DNA of 64,000 nt from the NCBI GenBank assembly GCA_051362555.1, contig CM120645.1:24456934-24520933 (forward strand), given 5' to 3'. Shown piece by piece: positions 13,501 through 25,021 of this stretch. Source of the DNA: Lingula anatina. Lineage: Eukaryota > Animalia > Brachiopoda. The first letter of the stretch is position 1, and each line of letters begins with the position of its first letter. Both the position numbers and the translations under genes were made by a program. Below the pieces are notes generated by a model. It saw only the letters and a program-made list of their open reading frames with translations, ran no database searches and was not told the origin of the DNA.

Positions 13501-14702
13501 CCAGTTGTAGCCTCAGAACTAAAAGAACTAAAACTGTAAACGAAATCATTGTGAATATACAATTAAGAAGCATTGGCTGAATTGTCAACAAACATTAATG
13601 GATAAAAGCAGTCATGAAAATTTCAATCTAATTTTTCAACATTTGTCCATTTTTAAAGCACATATTTGATAGTCAACAAAAAATGTTCACATATTATAAT
13701 TACTTTTGTAGAAAATGGAACATTGTTTAAGAAAATTTGAGACAGTTTCTGATCTTCTAAGCTCTGGAGGCAAAAGACAGGAATCATCCCCCCTGGTTGG
13801 TTCTGCTGTTGCTAAGCAACAAGGTACTGGCTCTAGACCTTCTTCAGGAAAAGCCAAGGAAAGGGAAAACCAGCTTCTACGAGAGATACAGGAAGAGTAT
13901 GATTTAGCATTTGATTTTTTTTTATATTATTTTTATTGATTTGAATATTATTGATTTGAAAACTGTTTCATTAATTTCATGAAACCTGCAACTTTTATTT
14001 TCTTACTCTGCTGATTTATTTAATTCCTGAACATATTTCCCAGCACTGTGGCACTGTAAAGTGTCTGCAATACATGTGTCAACCTAAGCATTGAAGTATG
14101 CAATATGATAAGTATAGTATAACTTTATAAAATTTTAAGTGTGACATTTTGAATTTTACAAATATTTGGGTGCACCAAGATAAGGTGGTTGCTGCTGTAG
14201 ATGTGAAATGCTCAAAATATTTTATATATTGCAGATAGAGAACAAACATGTTTTGAATCTGACAGGTTACATTGCAGAATGTGAAACTTTTCTCACTGTT
14301 GCATTTTTTCTCTTCCTCAGGTTAAAAGCACTAAATGTTGATTCTGCAGAAATACGCCAGGCCTTTCAGGAGAACACTAACCTTGTCAAAGAGTAAGTTG
14401 TGTGAGGCTGGCAATTTATTCCATTGATTGTACTAAATATTTTGTGAGCTAAAATAGAATTGTATATTTTTTATGTATATCATGGTCACTATTTTTTTGC
14501 CTTTGTATCATTTTTGAAAGACAAGTTGAATTTGGCTTTTAAAGTAAATGGATAACATGCAAGTTTGTAAAATGAAGAAAAATGTAAAATTTGATTAGAC
14601 TCAGCAGTCTGAGGCAGACAATATACCCTAACAGTGGCGTGGTTTATTTTCAGGTTGGAAAAACTTCAGTTCCAGAACCATGTTGAGGTACAGTCAGGAT
14701 GA
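1794..14702 (+). CDS. TBK1: TANK-binding kinase 1 / IKK-epsilon-family Ser/Thr kinase, 17 coding exons
   Basis: In-frame GT-AG exon chain: 1794-1901, 4497-4637, 7452-7578, 8571-8661, 8972-9062, 9502-9659, 9827-9937, 10141-10532, 10745-10895, 11563-11794, 12260-12381, 12710-12826, 12974-13075, 13344-13440, 13712-13896, 14321-14392, 14654-14702 (TGA). Motifs: [61 protein letters not shown] (S172-equivalent loop), [20 protein letters not shown], and scaffold-domain [22 protein letters not shown]. Invertebrate genes are often co-orthologous to TBK1 and IKBKE. Confidence 0.93.
3701..3715. promoter_or_regulatory. Palindromic NF-kB-type site in the TBK1 intron after coding exon 1
   Basis: AAGGGGAATCCCCTT contains GGGGAATCCCC (kB consensus GGGRNNYYCC). 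A second kB-like GGGAGAATTCC is at ~3747 and CCAATCA boxes at ~3648 and ~3727. Confidence 0.4.
4312..4546 (+). repeat. 77-bp tandem triplication of the TBK1 exon-2 acceptor plus exon start
   Basis: TTATCCCCAG|CGTACAGGAGA recurs with exon starts at 4343, 4420 and 4497. Only the third copy continues into the full exon. Confidence 0.9.
4746..7285 (+). mobile_element. Degenerate Helentron/HINE (DINE-1-like) non-autonomous element in a TBK1 intron
   Basis: 5' T-run followed by the hairpin TATGTACAGACACA-GA-TGTGTCTGTACATA (4751-4780) and a (CGCCGT)n microsatellite at ~4800-4850. Internal diverged repeats: GCAGGTCAAGTTCGAAAATCAGCAT twice, and a ~340-bp unit with TGGCATTTTCAAGGTGTGA about 4 times. 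3' hairpin ACATACA-CAGA-TGTATGT followed by TTTTAGTT. The 3' subTIR is not clearly seen. Confidence 0.5.
7733..8591 (+). repeat. 48-bp minisatellite (18 copies) built from the TBK1 exon-4 acceptor and exon start
   Basis: Unit CTGAAGGTATGAGATATCTCCATGTTTAATGTGTGTATTTTGTTACAG; potential exon starts at 7755+48n up to the true one at 8571. Confidence 0.95.
9163..9368. repeat. 66-bp intronic tandem repeat, 3 copies
   Basis: TACATGTACTGGGAGTTGGTTATGATAGTAAACTTCAAAGG... occurs three times. Confidence 0.85.
10888..11140 (+). repeat. 54-bp array (5 copies) of the TBK1 exon-9 donor site
   Basis: ATGTACAT|GTGAGT donors at 10896, 10950, 11004, 11058 and a degenerate one (GTGATT) at 11112. Confidence 0.9.
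11179..11353. mobile_element. 175-bp MITE with ~56-bp terminal inverted repeats (possibly Tourist/PIF-Harbinger-like)
   Basis: Left arm GGCCCCATTCAGAATAGGGGACTAACTAGTCCGAGGCTCAAATATGGCGACCCACT matches the reverse complement of 11297-11353 with about 2 differences. TSD is unclear (flanks ATT / TTA). Confidence 0.8.
11799..11862. repeat. 22-bp x3 repeat directly after the TBK1 exon-10 donor
   Basis: GGGCAGATATATCACAGTGT(A/T)A three times. Confidence 0.8.
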
Positions 14703-15225
14703 TGAAGGCTATGGTGTGTGGACGTGACGTGTCTGCACACTCCTGTATATTACCTTACATCTTACACCTGTGAACAGCACTGCAGGTGACTCCCTCACTT
14801 CAACACCTACAGTCCACCTGAATCAAGGTACTGCAAGAGGGACAGGAATCAACCACACACCTGGGATTAACACATGACACACAGCACATAACAAGAGGGC
14901 ATTAGGAACGTACTCTCGCCACCAACTGAACAGGAAGATATAGGGATGGGGGCACAAGGTCAGAGCATAGCAGGGTGAAGGGCATGAAGAACTGGGAATA
15001 GAAAACAAGAGGGAGAGGGGTAGTTGACAGAAATCGGTGCAAGGTGATTCCACCGTTCACAGCATGGTTGACCCTGTATACAAGTAATGCAGAGAGAGAT
15101 TGAAGACATGAGCTATCAAGAATGTGTGAAATAACAATAAAAAAATGTTTCTTAATTGTGTTGAGTTACCAAGCAAAACAGAATAGTTTTGAAAGATGGA
15201 TGGGAAAGTATAAAGACAAATTAAG

Positions 15226-15470
15226 AGACCATTCCCACAAATATTTGGATCAATCTATTTCCCTGGGGACTCTCACTAAATTGCTATCAACTTGACTGGC
15301 TTAAATATCTGTCACGTAAAGCTGTTAGGGGGTAATTATCTTTACCCCCTAGCTAATTCAGTAGGCGTGACAGAGACATTAAAGTTGGTTAAGTTGATAG
15401 CAATTTAGTGATAATCCCCAAGGGGTTAGACCAATCCAGATGGATTGATCTAGGTATGAGCACCCAGTCT
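15226..15470. mobile_element. Palindromic MITE, copy A, in the TBK1 3' region
   Basis: Arms TCACTAAATTGCTATCAACTT / AAGTTGATAGCAATTTAGTGA around a central TAGGGGGTAA..TTACCCCCTA. Its ends match copy B in reverse orientation. Confidence 0.7.
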
Positions 15471-15520
15471 AAGGGTCTGAATGAATATATTACTAATGAA
15501 TTTTCAAAGTTTGTTCTTCT

Positions 15521-15522
<2 letters not shown>

Positions 15523-15596
<74 letters not shown>
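15523..15596. repeat. poly(A) tract followed by an (AT)n microsatellite
   Basis: Seen directly. Confidence 0.9.
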
Positions 15597-15599
<3 letters not shown>

Positions 15600-16253
15600 C
15601 ATTATTATAATGATAATAATATAAAAATAGATGGAATTGCTCTGCAGAAAAGTTTTCTTTTTTTTTTCTTTTCTTAAGGGCATTGCAGACATCTAACACT
15701 AAATGATGCAGCTATAATATTCACCCAGAAATTGAAAGTTGATAGCAGTTACTAATTTTGTAATACCAGTGTTTGTTTCAGATATGATTACATTTCATGT
15801 GCAGTATAAATCAGAGAAATGGTTTTAAATTTGTTTAAAAAAAAATAATTGTATTATAAATGTATGGTGACATAGTATACCTTACAACCACTGTACATTT
15901 GTTTTCAAGGAGCTTGTAAATATTAAATATTGTAAAAATTTAAGAGATATATACTTTCTGAACAAAAAACAACTGTTATGAACTGTAGGTCTTGAAGTAT
16001 TTTATTCAACAATAAAGTATCTTTGAATTGATAACCAGAATTTCTTTATTTATTGTTTTTCATTTATCTCCCAATTCATTGGTGTCCATATTTCTGTCCT
16101 GAGGAGGCAGGGATACACAATAAAGTGACTGTTCCCAAGCTTGACCACAACCTGACCAGGTCCAAGACCCATACTGCACACTTCCAGTTGCTTTACTTCT
16201 ACCTCCTGGTCTCTCTCTCTCTCTCTCTTTCTCTCTCCTCCTCCTCTCTCACT

Positions 16254-16490
16254 GACTAGGTTTCCATACCTAGATCGCTCTAACAGCATTGATCCATCTC
16301 CAAGGGGTTTCTCGCTAAATTGCTTTCAGCTTAAGCGGCTTAGATGTCTGGCATGCCTACTGAAGCTGATAAACCATACTTTCAGTAGGCCTGACAGACA
16401 TCTAAGCTGCTTAAGTTGATTGCAATTTAGTGAGAATACCCTTGGAGATAGATCGATCCACAGTTAATACAATAGGGTCTGGGAATGGTC
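16254..16490. mobile_element. Palindromic MITE, copy B (same family as 15226-15470; end fragment at 62023-62070)
   Basis: Long imperfect hairpin: ATCTCCAAGGG..CTAAATTGC..CTTAAGCGGCTTAGATGTCTG..CCTACTGAA against TTCAGTAGG..CAGACATCTAAGCTGCTTAAG..GCAATTTAG..CCCTTGGAGAT. Confidence 0.7.
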
Positions 16491-17689
16491 CCTCTCTCTC
16501 TTCTCACTGGTTGAAATACCAGTCTCCTGCAAGCCTCAAGCCTTCTTTCTACTATTTTTTAAATGTACTCTGTACCAATACACACATACAGGAGGCTATG
16601 GACATGTCTTGGCTATGGACACTACAGGAGTTAACAGCAGTGCATTCAAATGATCACCCTTAACTGCTACATGTATCACCCTTTTAACTAAAGCTGTGGG
16701 TTGAACATACAGCTTTATCACTGTGAACCTCTGGCCTGCAGCCACGTCCCAGTATTACTTTAATACAATTCAGGACATAAATAGCAGTTTGAACCGTGTG
16801 TATATATCTATATAAATTAGACCTGTATTCAAATATTTGCACGTAATACTTTAACTGTTAACTAAAAGTAGCATGGTTGCCTCCATTTGCAGTGACAACA
16901 ACCTCCGTGACAACCTTCATTCATTAAATTTACCCTGATTGGGTGACTACTGCACTTTGTCAACTTTTTTTCAATTTTTTTTTCAATAGATATTTACTAA
17001 ATAAAGCAACTAACTCTTAATATGAAACAAATTTTTTTACAGTAGTGAAAAAGACAACTGTTCGCCTGTATCTAAGACCTTATATGTCCATATAATCATA
17101 TTTTTATCAATTAAGTACTTCAGAGTGACTCTGCCCTATTATGTATTCATTATCGACATTTTGCCCAAACAACTCAAGTAAATATTCACTCAAAGAAGAG
17201 ATATCCCACAATACAATCTGTATCTGTCCCCACATCCTCAATGAATACATACCTCACTAACAGCTAAAAACCAGATTTCATTATACATAATATATTTATC
17301 ATGTTATTCTCATTTAATTGTTGGTTTTCAGAATTCAGACCTTACTGGCCCAGGTACCAAATCATTTCAGGTGCTTCTGCCAATGAATTTGTCATGGTGA
17401 AAATCGAGTAGATTGGCTGAACATGTTTGGCTACAATTGGCACAATAAGAAAATAAATGCCCAGTCAGTTTATATTCACACAACTATCAACACATCCACT
17501 GCTCAAATTCAAAATGAAGTAACATTGAATTAAACCACACTGCTGACCACAGCTTTACCACAATGTGGGTCCAGGAGAGAGCACCAACGTGACCCACATC
17601 AATCATTGGGATTTATTCAGCGGTAAACGGACTAGCTGGTTTGTATGCCAGTGAATGAGTTCTAGGTGAAATGATAACAGGTTTGCTGT

Positions 17690-18061
17690 TACAGAGGGTG
17701 GTCTGTGGTATGTTCTATGTGGCAGTGTATTACAGTGGGATATTTTGTCTTGACCATTGGTGTGTAAGCTGCTGTCAGAGAGGGTGGGGTTATAGTATAT
17801 GGTATGTTCTGTGTGGCAGTGTATTACAGTGGGATATTTTGTCTTGACCAGATGTGTGTAAGCTGCTGTCAGAGAGGGTGGGGTTATAGTATATGGTATG
17901 TTCTGTGTGGCAGTGTATTACAGTGGGATATTTTGTCTTGACCAGATGTGTGTAAGCTGCTGTCAGAGAGGGTGGGGTTATAGTATATGGTATGTTCTGT
18001 GTGGCAGTGTATTACTGTGGGATATTTTGTCTTGACCAGATGTGTGTAAGCTGTTGTCAGA
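17690..18061. repeat. ~94-bp tandem repeat, ~4 copies
   Basis: AGAGAGGGTGGGGTTATAGTATATGGTATGTTCTGTGTGGCAGTG... recurs at ~17777, 17871 and 17965. Confidence 0.85.
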
Positions 18062-19038
18062 TTCCAGATAGCAAGAGGCGGCAGTGAGATGGCACAAACA
18101 TTAGCAATTAAGCTACTGATGAACACTGGTTTACAAGTCACATGGTGGACAATATCACCAAAACTAGCACTCCACCAAAATCACAACATAAAGCTTGCTT
18201 AATTTAACTTTTCATACACAGTATGATCAACTGAATTTAGTACCTTGTAGACTTTTCAAAATGACTCCCCTCAAAGGTTAACATGTCACATTCAGTGCAG
18301 ATGTCTTTCTCTCTCCCTGCACATTTAGAAAACTGATGTCATTATTGATAGAAGCTTTACTCTAGGAATGCAGTTCTCAAAGTCATATATTAGAAGAACC
18401 TTATGACTTTACACTTCATAGAAAGTGCCAGCTGCCTGTGCAAAACACAGCCAGAAATTGCTTGTAAGCTCATCATTTGAAGTCCATCCATTTCTGTATG
18501 GAAAGTTACTCACTATGAGAACATGAGCCCTCTCCCAGCTGCCACTGTCTCCTCCCTGATGACTACTGCTGCCACCTGTGGGAAACACTGTTGTCTGTAG
18601 TTTGGTGAAAGATACCTATGGAATAAACTGTCCTGCCACCTACTAGAGAGCAAGCTGCATTGGTTGGTGCTGCCACCTATGGTGCAGGGTCAGCATCCCT
18701 CCTATAAGCAGTGGTTCATATTGCACTAACTGCAAAACCAAGGCCAACACTGACCTTTCTCAAATATATGTCCCTTTGCCCAGCAATTATTAGAAGTTCA
18801 TAATTCTACATCTATTATGTATATAGTTTGGTGGCGCCACCTACACTTTGAGTGGCAGATCCCATGATTCTACATCTTTCACAGCTAAACTACAAACACA
18901 GCCTTCATCATGAGAGTGCAGTGACCTCTGACCTCCAGTCACCAGGAGAGGGCGCCACTTCACGCCAGTGAGTGTATGTCTCTGTGTGTGTTGTCCTTAG
19001 AACCATCACAGTCTTTGGTAGGTTACAGAAATGGACCT

Positions 19039-22000
19039 CTAACTCTTGCTGGGATGGGAGTATGCACCTCCCTCAAATGCCTGATGGGTTTGAAACGCTG
19101 GAACACAGACAGAAATAGCGAATCAACTGCAGGCCCAGCTCTATGCTGTATAGGAATTTATCAAAAATCACCTACTATAAATCTTAGAAAAAATGTTAAC
19201 TTTTTGTTCTCATGTTAGTTAACAGACTTTTCTTAGTGAAGAATGTATGTATTATATATATATATATATAACAGCCACAGATTAGGATTTATGAATTTAC
19301 TCATCTTGGCAACTGATTGTGACATAAACTTACCTTTGTAAAACATGGCTGAGAATCGGACATGTGGCAATAAAGATTTTACTTTTTCTACTATTGTTGA
19401 CTGGTCTGCTAAGGATGAATCTTTGTTCCAAATTTGCAATATATCATCTCTCTCTCTTATACTGACACTGATTCCATTGATGTCGTCACCTGGAGGGGAC
19501 ATAATGTTATATCATATCAGTTGTGGCATTGTGTTAGTTGAGATATCATGTCAGTTGTGCCATTGTGTTAGTTGAGATGTTATGTCAGTTGTGGCATTGT
19601 GTTAGTTGACCCATTGTGTCAGTTGTGGTATTGTGTTAGTGGAGATATTGTGTCAGTTTTGGAATTGTTAGTGGAGATATTGTTAGCTTTGGAATTGCCA
19701 ATTGTGACAGCTGTGACAGTGTGCTACATATTGTGACATTGCAAGAAACTGAAATATGATAAGGCAAAGCATGCCAGTGGCATTCAGCCCACTTTCCATG
19801 GGGTCAGCCTTATCAGCAAAGTAAACCTGGGGAGATTCCAGACCCAAGTTTAATGTAACCTAGGTATAGCCAGGTCAATATACTACCTTACTGTACTGTA
19901 CTATAAACAACTTGTATGTGAAATATGTTATCAATACAAGCCTTTTCCTTACAAAAACAACCAGTAATGTGTTCAAAGAAATGCAACACAGAGATTATAC
20001 AAGAAGGTATGTGTGTAATGACATAACTGGTCCACCTCTATTTATATAGAGAAACATTTGTACTTTGTTAACCCAGCTATTTTGGGGATGGAGTCATAAA
20101 AACATAGCACATCAAGTGCAGTGGTGTTAGGTGTCTGTGTTTTCAGCTGTGCTGATGTGTTTTTTACCTTTTGCCATGCTGTCTGAAAACTGCTCCCCTA
20201 TTGCTGCTAAAAGTAGTTCTTTCCAAACTGCATTCTGCAATTGGAAAATAAGCAAATAATTTTTCATTTACCAATAAGCACTTGCTAGGATGAAACATAT
20301 ATAAAGTAAATGCCTTTAGCACCTGTCTTCATTTCACCTTATCTCATGTTCTGACACAAACTGTCCTTATAAACTAGCAATGTTGTGCTTGTTTTTTATT
20401 AAAATAACCTCATCAAGCAGCAAGAGATATTGGGTGTAGAAATAAGCAGAGATAACAGGGTCACATCTGGGGAGAGACTGTCACAGAGAAAGTAGATAAC
20501 CCCAAGCCTGACTGGGCCATGCATGCACCCAATGTGGTGCTGCCTGGTTTCCTTTATGTTTTCTTTCTGAAATCATCACTTACTGTGTCTTCTTTATACA
20601 CTTTTATCCTCCAGTTGCCACCTTTCAGATTTGCACTGTCTTCCCTTGAAATACAAAAGATAACCATTCATAGGATAACATCCAAGTATTGCAACCTACA
20701 TGCTCAAATGTGAGAATGTTTATCTTAACATATATGTTCAATATTCATAGTCACACTTACCACATTGGTTTGATTTCATATCGCATTAAATGGTAGCAGT
20801 AGCGAACATTTAGCTTCTCTGGTTCTGGTATATTGTTATATACACTCCAGAATCCCTGAAAAAGAACAAGAATACTTTTTTTCCACTTTGTGTGTGTCAG
20901 GTGTGTCAGAGGAGCAGTAATAAAGCACATTAAATCACATGAGGACTTGAAACCTATCAGAAGGTACATAGGGTAGAGAGGGGGTGGTGGTGGTGGGGGT
21001 GGAGGGGGGGGGGATAACTCATCTAATCTCTCTAACCATGATATTTTCCATGCAAACATGCTAAGCTCAAAATCATTCTACGTGCATTTTTGTGCCAAAT
21101 TTAAGTTTCCTAGAGAAATAAATAACTTTCTCTTACTCACAAACCACTTGGTCCCTAGATTTGGTTTTGATATTATATACCATTTTGAAATGAACTTTAA
21201 TAACTTACTAATTCTAAATGTATCATAACTCATACAGACACCCATAATCTTCCTGGCATTTCAAAAGGAACAATCAACATCAGGTACTTTAATTAGAGAG
21301 GTTCATTGTTTTATAGGTCTGAATTAGAAACAAGGATAATCTTTGAAAATTATTTAGACATGAAAATACAACTGTGGGACATTTCACATTTGTATAGTAC
21401 ACATTTAACAAAAAAAAAAAGCTACCCATTTTCCCCACCCCTTTTTGTGTGTTAGGTGACACAATTGATTATTAGGTGTGACTGTGTGTTAGGTGTGACA
21501 GTGTGCAATGTGTTAGGTGTGACAGTGTGTTAGGTGTGACAGTGTGCAATGTGTTAGGTATGACAGTGTATTAAGTATAACTGTGCTACTAACCTGCACT
21601 GTGCTGACAGTATACAGCTTTCGAAGCGTAGCTTCATATTCAGCTGCTGTAAGACCTGGAACTGACCTGAAGAAATGAAGTCATCAGCTAGAGTTATAAC
21701 AAATTACTTCTTAGGTATGACCTGGTAAATTGGACATGTACCAGTGCACGTGAGACTTAGTGAGTCTAAGGTACAGATCACACTAATTGATATATAAGTA
21801 GTTGAAATTTCTTTAGCATCTCAAAAAAAGATTGACTGCAAAACAACAGCACTACACTGATCTTCTTTATCTTAAACTTATGTTCTGCAAATAAAGCCAT
21901 GCATTTTTAATATCAAAGCATAGGTCAGCAATGCCTGATGTGCATTTCACTAACCACACATTTTACAAGATTTCTCTTTTCGTAATTTGCCTTCATTTAA

Positions 22001-22553
22001 ATGTTTAATTCAAAACAGTTTGGTCCACACAAGGATGCAACCTTCAGAACGTTATATCAAAATTATACCAAAGAGTAACAAAGCAAGGATTTCAATATCT
22101 TATCATCCAGTAGATACACAATTTGAACATTCAAGTATTATAAAAATAGTGATAGCATTAAAATGTTGTAATCATTAATCTATACATGAAATTAATCATA
22201 TATCATACTTTCACAAAGAAACTTGATTAATAAAATCTTCACGAGATTCCTGGCGGTTGTTTTCTTCACGACTGAACTTGCTTAGATGGTCAAGAACTCC
22301 GTCCAGTCGAAATATACCGAGCGGCCTTGGAATGAAAAACACTGGGCTCAACAAACTACGAAGAACACATACATAGAACTTTCTTGAAAACCACTTACTT
22401 GTCGAGCCAGTATGTCCATGGGGTGTTTAAAGGAACCCCTTTTTGTTCTGAGTGTTCGATCTTGCTGATCGCTGCTCTGGGTAATTTTGGGCTAGCTGTA
22501 CTGGAAACATTTTCATTTTCCGCTTTGACAGCTTCGACTGCGGGAGCAGCCAT
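19039..22553 (-). CDS. EIF4E3: Eukaryotic translation initiation factor 4E, class III (eIF4E3), 7 exons
   Basis: Minus-strand exons: 22553-22399, 21666-21594, 20855-20761, 20644-20584, 20234-20168, 19489-19334, 19097-19039 (TAG). Motifs: GVPLNTPWTYWLDK, AAEYEATL (Tyr at the W56-equivalent cap-binding position, a class III hallmark), FWSVYNNIP, YHLMR, KGGNWRIKV, VWKELLLAAIGEQF, GISVSIRERDDILQIWN, HQAFEGG. Confidence 0.93.
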
Positions 22554-22802
22554 AATGATGGAAGCCGGGGTCACGTGATCAAAACACCTGACGTCATTAG
22601 TTTAAATCGTGCCAACCCCTTACTAACCTTCTTGACTCACTCAAACGTTTATTGATCGGAATGAATAATTTAATTTAACTTTCTTCCTCGCTATAACGAT
22701 TGTATTATCTATACAACAAGTCTGAAACTAATGTATTTTATTTGTCGTCAGCGACCTTCACCCTGCTGGTACATTGTCATATGACTTGTCACGTGCATTA
22801 AG
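22554..22802. promoter_or_regulatory. Bidirectional promoter shared by EIF4E3 and the SMIM30-like gene
   Basis: Divergent ATGs are 249 bp apart. TCACGTGA E-box (22571), TGACGTCA CRE (22589), GTCATATGAC palindrome (22776), TCACGTG (22789). Confidence 0.6.
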
Positions 22803-22982
22803 ATGGAGACAAAAATGGATATGCTGGCGCCGTTGTGTGCAATAATTTTAGCTTTTTTCGTCCCTGGTGCCGAGGCATTTGATGGCGGGGACGTGGCAGC
22901 ACTTATTCTTGGACTTATTATTGGAATTCTAGGGATTTGTGCCTGTTTAGGCTGTTATGCAAGGAAAAAAGCCGGGCAATAA
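22803..22982 (+). CDS. SMIM30: Small integral membrane protein 30 (SMIM30/MAVI1)-like micropeptide, 59 aa, single coding exon
   Basis: METKMDMLAPLCAIILAFFVPGAEAFDGGDVAALILGLIIGILGICACLGCYARKKAGQ*: signal-peptide-like N-terminus ending AEA, then a TM helix. GD.(A)AL.LG...GICACLG.YARK matches my recollection of human SMIM30 (…VEAGDAIALLLGVVLSITGICACLGVYARKRNGQM). Below the ORF-track length cutoff. Confidence 0.85.
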   Translation: METKMDMLAPLCAIILAFFVPGAEAFDGGDVAALILGLIIGILGICACLGCYARKKAGQ

Positions 22983-24032
22983 CGACTAGACTAAACGGAC
23001 TTCCTGAAAACTGGATTTCACCACTGACTGAACTTCAATCAACTGACATTCATTTATGAAATCATGTCTTTAAAAACCTGCTGTGCTGCATAGACCTCAG
23101 GATCGCAAGCACTGTTACGATATTATTCTTCAAATTGACGGAGGGATATTAATAATTTGTTGATTGGTGAAGTATATTTTTCACACGGAGGGAGGATATA
23201 GTATGATTTAGTTAGAAGACGTCGTGTCACAGATAGTGGTGGAGTTTGGACATTGATAAGGGTGGACTCTTTCGTTGACGCTATACCTTCACAAACATTC
23301 CAGTTTTATTGATTCACAGGAAATACTACTGCACAACATTTATATTGGTGAAAGTGATTTTAATTCTTATACATGGGCACTTGTGTTCAGAGAACTCGAT
23401 TACTGTAGAAATACCAGCGAAGTCCTCTGTGGTAGCCGATTAAACTTTGTCAGATCACAGCTCTATAATTTTTCAGACTGGAACATAGACAATATAACAA
23501 TAATATAGATATTATAACTCTGTTCATTACACATTACAAGGGAACCACTTTAGTGAAATGCAAGACTTGAATCATTGTACATACTTGTACATGTATGTTT
23601 GATATTTATCAAAGAGGGACATTTATAACACATTTTTCTAAAGCAAAGCCTGTAGCTTGGATTTAAAAAAGATGGCCCTCTTGTTAAAAGACTGTGCTAG
23701 TATTTTATCTTAACATCAAAATATGCTTCATCACCTTGCAAATGGGTACTGTATCTAACATAAATCAAGGGGCTTTGACATCAACAGGATTGCCACCTGA
23801 GGCTGTGGCATCAACAGGATTGCCACCTGGGGCTGTGACAGCCACTGTGCCATTAGCTGTGTATTGTCAGGAGAAATGAACTACAACTACCTGGTCTGCT
23901 AACACCCCAGTGATCAGCTAACATCCTGGAGATCAGAGACCTCACCCCATGAAAAGCAGGAAAACAACAGGATGCCACAATAGCCTAAAGAAGCTCAGCT
24001 TTACCAGTCTGCAATCTTGTGACAACATGCCA

Positions 24033-24160
24033 AGGGGTCATGTGACATTACACCTCTTCCTTGGGGTCATGTGACATTACACCTCTCCCTGGGGGTTATG
24101 TAACATTACACCTCTCCCTGGGGGTCATGTGACATCACACCTCACCCTTTGGGTCATGGG
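24033..24160. repeat. ~29-bp tandem repeat, ~4 copies
   Basis: GGGGTCATGTGACATTACACCTCTCCCT repeated. Confidence 0.8.
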
Positions 24161-24590
24161 TTATCCTGCTTATATAAGGTGGTCCTCATTTGACCAGGAA
24201 ATAAAGTACTGTGTGACTCTTGGTGCTGACTTGTGGGTAAAACAATAAATTGTAAAGCTTCATTAAAATAGGGAACTGGAGCAGCAAAGAAAAGATGTCT
24301 GTTTGAATTTTGACCTTTTTTTTAAAATTAAATGATTCATGAGAGCTTTAGTTCATGTTGTTTCACCTGTTTCAAGAATCCAATCTTTAAATGTTCTCCT
24401 CTTATATTTGTGGGTGATTTGTGTGGATTAGTTTTCTACAATAAAAAAAAACTTTGGAACTTTATCTCTGCATTCTGTAAAAGTGTATGTTTATTTAAGA
24501 CTTAAAAAGCTTGAGTTAGGGCCCTGATAATATCAACTCTTGTGCTCTTCTTGGGGCACTTAGTCATCATCTCTGATTTATTCAACAACT

Positions 24591-25021
24591 TTTGGAGGTG
24601 GTATGGATTGTATGTTTCCTCTTGGTGGTGGTATGGATTGTATGTTTCCTCTTGTTTCCTCTTGGTGGTGGTATGGATTGTATGTTTACTCTTGGAGGTG
24701 GTATGGATTGTATGTTTACTTTTGGTGGTGGTATGGATTGTATGTTTACTCTTGGAGGTGGTATGGATTGTATGTTTACTCTTGGTGGTGGTATGGATTG
24801 TATGTTTACTCTTGGTGGTGGTATGGATTGTATGTTTACTCTTGGTGGTGGTATGGATTGTATGTTTACTCTTGGAGGTGGAATGGATTGTATGTTTACT
24901 CTTGGTGGTGGTATGGATTGTATGTTTACTCTTGGAGGTGGTATGGATTGTATGTTTACTCTTGGTGGTGGTATGGATTGTATGTTTACTCTTGGTGGTG
25001 GTATGGATTGTATGTTTACTT
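24591..25021. repeat. 30-bp minisatellite, ~14 copies
   Basis: Unit CTTGGTGGTGGTATGGATTGTATGTTTACT; accounts for four overlapping spurious ORFs. Confidence 0.95.

Noticed and set aside
15408-15699. Poly-K/IY ORFs
   Set aside because: Poly(A) and (AT)n microsatellite artefacts; the same applies at 59136-59466.
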